Positions 1 through 7,161 of a stretch of 64,000 nucleotides of DNA are shown piece after piece. The position numbers and the translations under genes are program-made. The DNA is from Escherichia phage REP8. The stretch lies in the sequence record OQ174507.1. The stretch is one strand, 5' to 3'. How positions within the stretch are numbered: position 1 is the stretch's first letter; each line of letters begins with the position of its first letter. The notes under the pieces are model-generated. The model did not search any database and was not told the DNA's origin. It saw only the letters and a program-made list of their open reading frames with translations.

Positions 1-11
1 TGAGAGTTGCA

Positions 12-893
12 TTATGCCTCCCCTGCTGGGTTAACTGTAACTGTTGCTGCATTAGATGTTACAGAGCCACCTGCACCAGTCACTACGCAAGTGTAGCTTC
101 CTGCATCATCAGCGGTTGCACCTTCTTTGGTGTAAGTTGCAGCAGTTGCGTCTGGGATGACTTCCTCACCTTTCTTCCACTGATAACCTGTTGCACCAGT
201 AGCCACAACATTCAGCGTTAAGGTATCACCTTCTGTAATATCTTGATTGGTTGGCTGTTGAGTGATAACTGGAAGTGCATTCACAGTAACTGTTGCAGCG
301 TTAGACGTTACAGAGCCACCTGCACCTGTTACAACGCAAGTGTATGAACCTGCATCTGCTGGCAGTACACCAGATTTGCTATAGGTAGCGTTTGTAGCTG
401 AAGGGATGTCAGAGCCATCTTTCTTCCATTGATATCCAGTGGCATTAGTTGCAATAACACTTAGGGTAAGTGTGCCACCTTCATTTACTGTTTGATTGGT
501 TGGTTGCTGAGTGATTTCTGGTGTCTTGACAGCATCCTTCAGCTTAGCATTCAACATTGAGAATGGTTTAACTCTTGCCAGCCATTCACAATAAACTGTA
601 TCAACGTCTTTACCATTGATAATTGCATATTGTAAGTCCATGAAGAAGTCAGAAGTTCTCATTTGAGCGCCAACGCTGTAAAGCAACTCATCACTAAATG
701 GAACTTTATAGTCTGGTTTATAGTCAAACTTCTTAACTTCTGCAATATCAGCTTCAGGCCAATACGAACTATAGGTAAGCGGTAAAATAGCTTCTTGATA
801 TGTTCTAAAATCATATCTCTTACCAGCCTTTACGTTTGCAACAAAACCTTTTACAAACTCTTTGAAGTCTGGGTAAGTCTTTGCTTTAATCAT
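12..893 (-). CDS. Ig-like domain protein, probable virion decoration/adhesin
   Basis: 293 aa ORF; two tandem ~90 aa repeats (QPTNQ..EG.TLTL..TGYQWKK..AGSYTCVVTGAGGSVTSNAATVTV) resembling phage Ig-like/Big_2 domains. Confidence 0.45.
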   Translation of the reverse strand: MIKAKTYPDFKEFVKGFVANVKAGKRYDFRTYQEAILPLTYSSYWPEADIAEVKKFDYKPDYKVPFSDELLYSVGAQMRTSDFFMDLQYAIINGKDVDTVYCEWLARVKPFSMLNAKLKDAVKTPEITQQPTNQTVNEGGTLTLSVIATNATGYQWKKDGSDIPSATNATYSKSGVLPADAGSYTCVVTGAGGSVTSNAATVTVNALPVITQQPTNQDITEGDTLTLNVVATGATGYQWKKGEEVIPDATAATYTKEGATADDAGSYTCVVTGAGGSVTSNAATVTVNPAGEA

Positions 894-1085
894 TTCTTTT
901 TATCCTCTAAATGTGCGTTTAATCTCAAATAAACTTTATATAGTGGGACACATCACCAACAATGACGCACTTCACTATTTCACGGAATTGATGTGTAGTT
1001 TTGGGAGCAATAAAAGTCTTTTACACTTTTACCTTTATAGGGTGTGCTTATAAATAATTAAAGGGGCATCAGCCCCTATTCACAC

Positions 1086-1676
1086 TTAAGCTTTAGTCTT
1101 AAGTAGGTTCTTAAGTTTTTTAAGATTCATACTCTCATCAAACTTAAAACCAAATCCATTGACATAATCAATGAACTCGGATTTCTTACTGAGTGACAAT
1201 GCGTAACTCATATCAAAGTTCTTACCTGTTTCTGCATCTGGACTAGAGTTCACATCAAATGAAATTTCTGTAGGTTCCAGTTTACCACTTCCCATATTAT
1301 CAGTTAATAGACATGTATAGTTTGCTGGATAGAAGTTTACACTACCATCAACGTAGCTGTACTTATTATTGTGGATAAGGTTGGAAAATACCTTAAGAAA
1401 TGTTTCTGAGTCGTGGCATACGAGTTTAAATTGATTTAGCTCTCCAAGAGCCACTAAAGAGTAAGGGCTTCCACTATCAATATCATAATTTGGATTCGAT
1501 GTCGTCACTGTTACACGCATCAAGTTATTAGCAATAGTTTTCTGTTTAAAAGAATTTTGAACATAGTGAAGACCCCTTTCACACTGGTTTACTAACTCTT
1601 TAAGTAGGTCATTTGCATATGGTGAATTAATTGATACAGAGCCATCACTGTTGTAATTAAAACTTACTGTTAACAT
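1086..1676 (-). CDS. hypothetical protein
   Basis: 196 aa ORF, no recognised motif. Confidence 0.4.
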   Translation of the reverse strand: MLTVSFNYNSDGSVSINSPYANDLLKELVNQCERGLHYVQNSFKQKTIANNLMRVTVTTSNPNYDIDSGSPYSLVALGELNQFKLVCHDSETFLKVFSNLIHNNKYSYVDGSVNFYPANYTCLLTDNMGSGKLEPTEISFDVNSSPDAETGKNFDMSYALSLSKKSEFIDYVNGFGFKFDESMNLKKLKNLLKTKA

Positions 1677-1903
1677 TTTTCAGTTCTCCTGCGGTTTATA
1701 ATTTTGCTGCAATAGAGAAACGAAGTAAACTCACTGGAAGAAACCATTAAGTGTTGTTCACTAGATTGAGCCATTGCCCTGAAATACATTCCAGTCAAAG
1801 CATCGTAGTGACTATTCTTTCCAATTGAGGTTATATAGCCATGACTCTTTGCAGTTTTATATAAATCTATAATGTCTGCGATTTCTAATTGGGAACTACA
1901 CAT
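1670..1903 (-). CDS. hypothetical small protein
   Basis: 77 aa ORF overlapping the upstream gene by 4 nt. Confidence 0.3.
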   Translation of the reverse strand: MCSSQLEIADIIDLYKTAKSHGYITSIGKNSHYDALTGMYFRAMAQSSEQHLMVSSSEFTSFLYCSKIINRRRTEKC

Positions 1904-2143
1904 AGATAATCCTCTTGTCTTCTGTAATTTTGAAAGAACAGGTACAGACCAATTTCAGAGGATGAATAGTAGAGTAACTCTACCCTTTTTGATTCCTTAC
2001 AGTGATTGGTATTTTTACCTTTCTTCGGGTTGTTTGATTTTCTCATTAAGTCTCCTTTGTAGAACAAGGCAGACCTACAGCTTTAAGTAAGATGGTACAG
2101 TAATCCATACAACAAGTCAAGAACTATTGCAAGTTAAAAAAGT

Positions 2144-2168
2144 TGTTGACAAGGTACTTGACAAGGTG
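2144..2168 (+). promoter_or_regulatory. conserved promoter-like block with tandem TTGACA boxes (copy 1)
   Basis: GTTGACAAGGTACTTGACAAGGTGT, near-identical to 43703..43727; both are followed by ACTTAAAAGGTT and lie upstream of plus-strand genes. Confidence 0.45.
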
Positions 2169-2295
2169 TAGGCTTATAAATACTTAGAAGATTACTTAAA
2201 AGGTTCCTCTAAAAAGGCTATTTAAACAGATATCTTTCTGGATATCTATCTTTTATCTTAAAAGCCTTTTAAGAGGTCTTATAAGAGGCATACCA

Positions 2296-2667
2296 ATGAA
2301 AAACAGAACAAACAAAGGCCAGTTTAAAAAAGGCCAGTCTGGAAACCCATCTGGAAGACCAAAAGGCTCTCGTAACAAAAGCTCACTTGTAAAAGCTCAA
2401 CTGACCATTGACAATTCTGCTGAGTTTGCTGCAAAGTTATTTGAAGCGATTGTTACAAGGGATGCTGCTAAGCTTGCAGAGTTCGGTTTGACGACTGATG
2501 ATGTAAACCTGAAGTCAATGATGGAAGCTGGTAAAACTATCATGACCCACTCAGCAGGTGAGATGAAAGCGATTGCAGCAGACACTAAGAAGACCCCTGA
2601 TAATGGTGGTCAGTCTCAGACAGATAACAAGCCAACGTTCTCTGCTGTAGCGACTCTCAAAAAATAA
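2296..2667 (+). CDS. hypothetical protein with N-terminal GNPSGRPKG basic motif
   Basis: 123 aa ORF; AAGAGG RBS upstream of ATG. Confidence 0.45.
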   Translation: MKNRTNKGQFKKGQSGNPSGRPKGSRNKSSLVKAQLTIDNSAEFAAKLFEAIVTRDAAKLAEFGLTTDDVNLKSMMEAGKTIMTHSAGEMKAIAADTKKTPDNGGQSQTDNKPTFSAVATLKK

Positions 2668-2748
2668 TTTTAAAAGGTGTTGACAGACTCTACAAAGTTG
2701 CTCTAAAGTCTGTCACATCAAACAACAAATGAGAGAAGAGAGTAAAAT

Positions 2749-4164
2749 ATGAGCGAATTATTTATACATGCGCACCTTCATGCAGGTCGAACTGAAAATG
2801 GTGCTGTAAACCATACTTCATCAATGTCTGCTCTTGTGGACTTTTACAAAGCTGCTGGTTCTAGCCGTAGCAATGTAGAAATCTTACCAGACTTGTTCTA
2901 CAAAGCTTTGCATGAAGATGTTGATGTTGCAGTTCGTATTTTACTGCATATGCGAGATGTACGAGAAGGTATGGGTGAGCGTAAAGCTTTCCGAACTGTT
3001 TTACTTCAAGCGATTGAAGATAAAGTTTTAGAGTCTACGCAGGTTCTTCGCATTATGGATAAGATTGCAGAACTTGGTCGTTTTGATGACTTCAAAATCT
3101 TCGTAGGTACTCGTTTCGAGACAGATGCCTTCAAACATTTAGAAGCAGCATTACTAGACCCTGCAACAGCAGGTTTAGCAGCTAAGTGGTTACCACGAGT
3201 AAAACCACGTCACAAACAGTTTGTAAAACGTTTCTGCAAGTTTGCAAACTTGAGTGAGAAAGAGTACCGCACACTGCTGTCTGCACTATCTGATACAGTT
3301 GAGCAAAAAATCTCTGCTAATGAGTTTGGTAAGATTGACTACAGTAAGATTCCTTCACTTGCTGCTGCACGTTACCAAAAACTGTTTAACCGTAAAGATG
3401 GAGAGCGATACAAAGCTTACATCGAGTCCTTATCAAATGGTGAGACTAAGATTAACGCTGGTGCTGTTTACCCATACGATGTGATTAAATCTGTCAAGTA
3501 TGGTAATGCAGATGTTGCTAATGAGCAGTGGAAAGCACTACCAAACTGGATGGTAGAAGGTGAAAACATCTTGTGTATGACTGATGTTTCAAGCTCAATG
3601 TCTTGGGTGAATCTTGGCTCAATTACTGCCCTTGATATTGGTGTATCACTTGCCTTGTATGTAGCAGAACGCAATACAGGTTGCTTTAAGAACGAGTTGA
3701 TGGTTTATTCAACAAACCCTCACTTCATCGAACTGAGTGGTGATTTACGAAACCGTCATCGTCAGGTGATGCGACACGTTGAATATGGCTCAACTAACTT
3801 ACAAGCAGCTTTTGACCGTATTCTTGAGATAGGTAAAAGAAACAACTTGACTCAGGAAGATATGCCAAGTAAGCTTATCATCTTCTCCGATATGGAGTTC
3901 AATCAGGTTGATGGTGCTAACGGTCGTACAAACTTTGAAGCAATTCAGAGTAAGTACAAAAAAGCTGGATATGAGATGCCACAACTGGTATTCTGGTATT
4001 TAGCAAACCGTAATGGTACTTGCGAAGTATCTGTTAAGGATAACGGTGTAGCAATGGTATCTGGTTTCTCTCCAGCCACTTTAAAAGCTCTGCTTGGTGG
4101 TGAGAAGTTTGACCCAACCAGTGTAATGCTCAAAGCAGTAATGATTGACCGTTATATCTGGTAA
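2749..4164 (+). CDS. vWA domain protein (MIDAS motif), possibly Ro60/TROVE-like
   Basis: 471 aa; DVSSSMS matches the DxSxS MIDAS motif of vWA domains; TROVE assignment is from memory only. Confidence 0.45.
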   Translation: MSELFIHAHLHAGRTENGAVNHTSSMSALVDFYKAAGSSRSNVEILPDLFYKALHEDVDVAVRILLHMRDVREGMGERKAFRTVLLQAIEDKVLESTQVLRIMDKIAELGRFDDFKIFVGTRFETDAFKHLEAALLDPATAGLAAKWLPRVKPRHKQFVKRFCKFANLSEKEYRTLLSALSDTVEQKISANEFGKIDYSKIPSLAAARYQKLFNRKDGERYKAYIESLSNGETKINAGAVYPYDVIKSVKYGNADVANEQWKALPNWMVEGENILCMTDVSSSMSWVNLGSITALDIGVSLALYVAERNTGCFKNELMVYSTNPHFIELSGDLRNRHRQVMRHVEYGSTNLQAAFDRILEIGKRNNLTQEDMPSKLIIFSDMEFNQVDGANGRTNFEAIQSKYKKAGYEMPQLVFWYLANRNGTCEVSVKDNGVAMVSGFSPATLKALLGGEKFDPTSVMLKAVMIDRYIW

Positions 4165-4183
4165 AAAGTTTTAAAAAGGGTAT

Positions 4184-4212
4184 TGACAATGTGTTTAATA
4201 CCCTTTAATATG
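4184..4212 (+). promoter_or_regulatory. sigma70-like promoter overlapped by an 8 bp inverted repeat (possible operator)
   Basis: TTGACA, 17 bp spacer, TAATAT; AGGGTATT/AATACCCT inverted repeat spans the -35 box and spacer. Confidence 0.5.
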
Positions 4213-4274
4213 TTCTACATAGAAACGAAATGAGAGCTTTTCTAAGATACTGAAAAATATTTTAAAAAAGTTCT

Positions 4275-4304
4275 TGACAATCACTAAAAAATAATGTTAA
4301 AGTG
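4275..4304 (+). promoter_or_regulatory. sigma70-like promoter (weaker -10) upstream of the tRNA array
   Basis: TTGACA, 17-18 bp spacer, TTAAAG/TAAAGT. Confidence 0.35.
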
Positions 4305-4329
4305 GTTACATAGAGTTTGAAAAGTTTAT

Positions 4330-4406
4330 CTCTGTTTAGCTCAGCTTGGTAGAGCGTTCCGTTTGGGGCGGTAAGGCCGGAGGTTCAAGTCCTCCAACAG
4401 AGACCA
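4330..4406 (+). tRNA. tRNA-Pro (anticodon TGG)
   Basis: acceptor CTCTGTT/AACAGAG, T-arm GGAGG-TTCAAGT-CCTCC, anticodon loop TTTGGGG, CCA encoded. Confidence 0.6.
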
Positions 4407-4413
4407 AATTAAT

Positions 4414-4491
4414 GTTCCAGTAGACAAAATGGTAAAGTCACCACTCTTTCAAAGTGGATATCTGAGGGTTCAAATCCCTTCTGGAACGCCA
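4414..4491 (+). tRNA. tRNA-Glu (anticodon TTC)
   Basis: acceptor GTTCCAG/CTGGAAC, anticodon stem CCACT/AGTGG with loop CTTTCAA, CCA encoded. Confidence 0.6.
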
Positions 4492-4582
4492 GTTTTGACA
4501 GAAGACCAATTACAGCAAACTTAATCTACTCATCTGACAAGAAATCGGACAAAGAAGATATTTGGTCTGGTCATTAAGAATT

Positions 4583-4656
4583 GCGGGTATAGAGAAAGGG
4601 CGTCTCACATGTCTCATTAGCATGGTATCGGCAGGTTCGACTCCTGCACCCGCCTC
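4583..4656 (+). tRNA. tRNA-Met (anticodon CAT)
   Basis: anticodon stem CATGT/GCATG with loop CTCATTA; T-arm GCAGG-TTCGACT-CCTGC; acceptor register uncertain. Confidence 0.5.
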
Positions 4657-4742
4657 CAAATTTACAGAAGACCGTTTACAGCAACATTTATTAAATTTTT
4701 AGCGGAAAAAATTGAAAGATACGGTCTGGTAATACTAAATAT

Positions 4743-4816
4743 GGTTAGGAAGCACATAAGGTATGTGCGGTCGCCTGTTAAGCGAATGGCACAGGGTTCG
4801 AATCCCTGACTAACCG
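4743..4816 (+). tRNA. tRNA-Asn (anticodon GTT)
   Basis: D-stem GCAC/GTGC, anticodon loop CTGTTAA, T-arm CAGGG-TTCGAAT-CCCTG; no CCA encoded. Confidence 0.55.
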
Positions 4817-4827
4817 CAAATTTAAAT

Positions 4828-4915
4828 GTGTCGTTATCCCGTAGATGGTAGCGGTGGGGACTGTAAATCCCTTGTCATTGAGACTCGGTAGGTTCGACTC
4901 CTACACGGCACACCA
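4828..4915 (+). tRNA. tRNA-Tyr (anticodon GTA), long variable arm
   Basis: 88 nt; acceptor GTGTCGT/ACGGCAC, anticodon stem GGGGA/TCCCT with loop CTGTAAA, CCA encoded. Confidence 0.55.
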
Positions 4916-4920
4916 ATAAA

Positions 4921-5006
4921 GGTTATGTAGTTTAATTTGGTTAAAATACTTCCACGTAAAAGGATATTGGGAGATGATGTGAGTTCAAGTCTCATCGTAG
5001 CCGCCA
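4921..5006 (+). tRNA. tRNA-like gene, anticodon arm unresolved
   Basis: 86 nt; good acceptor GGTTATG/CGTAGCC, T-arm GTGAG-TTCAAGT-CTCAT and CCA, but no canonical 5 bp/7 nt anticodon stem-loop found by hand. Confidence 0.35.
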
Positions 5007-5158
5007 ATTTTGAGAGGGCTATTTAGAACCTCCCTTAAAGGGTTCTTACGAGTATCCTTTAAAGGAGCAGAAGACCAAATTCAGCAAGTTACTTAAAATT
5101 TCAAGCCAATTCAATTTTGAAAAATTTAAAACTTGGTCTGGCTCAACAAATTTACAGA

Positions 5159-5283
5159 AGACCGTTTACAGCAAAACTTAAACAATCTATTTCTCGGTAA
5201 AGAAAAGGAGAAGGTTCGATTCCTTCACTCGGCAGATGTCGAGTTGGTGTAATGGTAGCACTTAAGATGATAAACAACGGTCT
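5159..5283 (+). ncRNA. circularly permuted tRNA-like module closed by an 8 bp stem (Y-RNA-like candidate)
   Basis: order is T-arm GAAGG-TTCGATT-CCTTC, acceptor 3' strand ACTCGGC, AGAT, acceptor 5' strand GTCGAGT, D-arm-like GGTGTAATGGTAGCAC; flanked by AGACCGTT (5159-5166) / AACGGTCT (5276-5283). Confidence 0.35.
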
Positions 5284-5286
5284 GGT

Positions 5287-5430
5287 AATTATCTTTGTAG
5301 ATAAGTTATTAAGCTTACCTGTGAGTATGCGACCACAAAGGGTGAAAGGGTAAATTCTAGATTTAAACCCAACAAGGCACATCGCTACAGACCTTAAGCA
5401 AGTCTGGGTAGCTTATCTACAAAGATAATT
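5287..5430 (+). repeat. structured element closed by a perfect 19 bp inverted repeat
   Basis: AATTATCTTTGTAGATAAG (5287-5305) pairs with CTTATCTACAAAGATAATT (5412-5430); ~106 nt interior holds sub-hairpins. Confidence 0.55.
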
Positions 5431-5434
5431 TAAT

Positions 5435-5510
5435 GGAAGTGTAGCAGAATGGTGATGCGGCAGACTTTTAATCTGACAGGCGATGGGTTCGAATCCCTCC
5501 ACTTCTACCA
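5435..5510 (+). tRNA. tRNA-Lys (anticodon TTT)
   Basis: acceptor GGAAGTG/CACTTCT, anticodon stem CAGA/TCTG with loop CTTTTAA, CCA encoded. Confidence 0.55.
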
Positions 5511-5514
5511 AAAT

Positions 5515-5590
5515 GGTTCAGTCGCAGATAAGGTAATGCAAGGGTCTCATAAGCCCTATGAATGTGGGTTCGATTCCCATCTGAACCTCC
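5515..5590 (+). tRNA. tRNA-Met or Ile2 (anticodon CAT)
   Basis: acceptor GGTTCAG/CTGAACC, anticodon stem AGGGT/GCCCT with loop CTCATAA, CCA encoded; 1-72 paired so not a bacterial initiator. Confidence 0.55.
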
Positions 5591-5593
5591 AAA

Positions 5594-5669
5594 GCTGTGA
5601 AAGCACATATGGATGTGCATTCGGCTGATAACCGAAAGGCAGAAGGTTCGAATCCTTCTCACAGTACCA
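5594..5669 (+). tRNA. tRNA-Ile (anticodon GAT)
   Basis: D-stem GCAC/GTGC, anticodon stem TTCGG/CCGAA with loop CTGATAA, T-arm GAAGG-TTCGAAT-CCTTC, CCA encoded. Confidence 0.65.
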
Positions 5670-5684
5670 ATTTCAATAAAGTTG

Positions 5685-5713
5685 TTGACATTGAGATGTG
5701 ACCACTTTATAGT
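5685..5713 (+). promoter_or_regulatory. sigma70-like promoter inside the tRNA array
   Basis: TTGACA, 17 bp spacer, TATAGT. Confidence 0.5.
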
Positions 5714-5917
5714 AACCTTAGTTTTCGTTGCGTAGCGTCTATTTTGCAAATTTAAAATAAATGCAAACGACAATGTTTTTCTGGCAGTAGCTTGATAGGC
5801 TAAACACCAGTGAGGTCTTCCAACCCCTCATCAAAGAATTTGGCGTACTAGCCCACGGTATGATTAATAAGGTGGGCATCTTTAAGGGCTTTCTAAGAGA
5901 GTCTTTAAAGATAATTA

Positions 5918-5999
5918 CGGGGCGTATCTCAGCTGTCTTCTAAACAGCCGTTAATCGAGTAAGTGGAGTATGCGGGTTCGAGTCCTGCCGCCTCGACCA
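5918..5999 (+). tRNA. atypical tRNA-like gene with Arg-type anticodon loop (TCT)
   Basis: 82 nt; acceptor CGGGGCG/CGCCTCG, perfect hairpin GCTGT-CTTCTAA-ACAGC, T-arm and CCA present, but only ~5 nt where the D-arm should be. Confidence 0.35.
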
Positions 6000-6238
6000 A
6001 TTTAGTTAGCAGATTACTTAGACGACCTTAGCGGGTCTTCCTGTAGGGAGGTGGTCTGTATCTCATGTTTTCCAGAACATGTAAATAATCTGAGAAGGGG
6101 CTTTACAGTGTTGAGATAATACGGTAAGCTTCGAATTATAGTATGGGACGATGTTAAGACTCTAAGGCATGAGCAACGGCTTCCAACACCGTTTCAAAGG
6201 GGTTCAACTCCTCCGTCACATGCCAAAGTCTTATTAGG

Positions 6239-6326
6239 GGTAGGTAGCGGCTAATGGTAGCCAAACTGTCTTGAAAACAGTTGCCACTGTAGAGATACGG
6301 TGAGGGTTCGACTCCTTTACTTACCG
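6239..6326 (+). tRNA. tRNA-Ser (anticodon TGA), long variable arm
   Basis: 88 nt; acceptor GGTAGGT/ACTTACC, anticodon stem ACTGT/ACAGT with loop CTTGAAA. Confidence 0.55.
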
Positions 6327-6483
6327 CCTAATAAGATTTAAAGCCAAGCTTCATTCGGATGTTGCTTTGGTATACCGCGTGTATTGTTGTACACATTGAT
6401 AAAACACCTAGTAGGTGTCACGGAGAAGAGATAATATCAAGCTCTCCAAAGGTTCTAGTCACCGGATTAAACAAGACTATGCA

Positions 6484-6505
6484 AAGACCTTTTTAGGTCT
6501 TTTTA
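6484..6505 (+). terminator. rho-independent terminator-like hairpin inside the tRNA array
   Basis: AGACC-TTTTTA-GGTCT followed by TTTTT. Confidence 0.4.
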
Positions 6506-6583
6506 GAGGGCTTCTAAGGTTATTACAGCTTGTTGTGGAACCTTGTTGCTTAGGTTCTTAGAAGTTCTCTAAAAAGACTTAAT

Positions 6584-6661
6584 GGGAGATTGACGGTAAT
6601 TGGTAAACCTATCTCGCTTAGAACGAGATGTTTGAGGGTTCGAATCCCTTGTCTCCTACCA
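6584..6661 (+). tRNA. tRNA with anticodon TAG (Leu by anticodon; short variable region)
   Basis: acceptor GGGAGAT/GTCTCCT, anticodon stem TCTCG/CGAGA with loop CTTAGAA, A73, CCA encoded. Confidence 0.45.
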
Positions 6662-6668
6662 AATTAAT

Positions 6669-6744
6669 GCAGGTGTAGCAAAATGGTTATGCGGCTGACT
6701 CTTAATCAGTAAGACGATGGGTTCAATTCCCTCCACCTGTACCA
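6669..6744 (+). tRNA. tRNA-Lys (anticodon CTT)
   Basis: acceptor GCAGGTG/CACCTGT, anticodon stem GCTGA/TCAGT with loop CTCTTAA, CCA encoded. Confidence 0.55.
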
Positions 6745-6750
6745 GACATT

Positions 6751-6826
6751 GGGGATGTAGTTTACATGGTTAAAACATAAGTTTTGCAAACTTAAGTACA
6801 GGGTTCAATTCCCTGCTTCTCCACCA
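6751..6826 (+). tRNA. tRNA-Ala (anticodon TGC)
   Basis: D-stem GTTT/AAAC, anticodon stem TAAGT/ACTTA with loop TTTGCAA, T-arm CAGGG-TTCAATT-CCCTG, CCA encoded. Confidence 0.6.
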
Positions 6827-6832
6827 ATTAGT

Positions 6833-6907
6833 GCATCCATAGTTTAAACGGGAAAATTACAGTCTTCCAAACTGAGGTTGAGGGTTCGATTCCCTCTGGA
6901 TGCTCCA
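6833..6907 (+). tRNA. tRNA-Gly (anticodon TCC)
   Basis: acceptor GCATCCA/TGGATGC, anticodon loop CTTCCAA, T-arm GAGGG-TTCGATT-CCCTC, CCA encoded. Confidence 0.55.
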
Positions 6908-6913
6908 AATAAT

Positions 6914-6990
6914 GCTGCTTTCGTATAATTGGCTATTACACATCCCTTGTAAGGATGGAAATGCAGGTTCGAGTCCTGTGAGCAGCACCA
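6914..6990 (+). tRNA. tRNA-Thr (anticodon TGT)
   Basis: acceptor GCTGCTT/GAGCAGC, anticodon stem CATCC/GGATG with loop CTTGTAA, CCA encoded. Confidence 0.6.
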
Positions 6991-6992
6991 AT

Positions 6993-7080
6993 TCAGAGGT
7001 CAAGTGAAAGACCGCTGGTGTCAACTGAAGACCGTAACAAATTCCACGGAGTTGAGTTAGCGGCACAACTTCAGACCTCT
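6993..7080 (+). ncRNA. long imperfect hairpin (candidate small RNA or processing element)
   Basis: nested stems CAGAGGTC/GACCTCTG, CCGCT/AGCGG, CAACT/AGTTG, CCGT/ACGG; contains a GAAGACCGT motif. Confidence 0.35.
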
Positions 7081-7085
7081 TTCAC

Positions 7086-7160
7086 ACTCGCTTAGTTTAT
7101 ATGGTAAAACATCACCCTTACAAGATGAAGAAAAAGGTTCAAGTCCTTTAGTGAGTACCA
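7086..7160 (+). tRNA. tRNA-Val (anticodon TAC)
   Basis: acceptor ACTCGCT/AGTGAGT, D-stem GTTT/AAAC, anticodon loop CTTACAA, CCA encoded. Confidence 0.5.
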
Positions 7161-7161
7161 T

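Noticed and set aside
5435-5510. Possible ochre-suppressor tRNA (anticodon TTA)
   Set aside because: The only stem that pairs (CAGA/TCTG) makes the loop CTTTTAA, so the anticodon is TTT (Lys); the TTA register needs a stem that does not base-pair.
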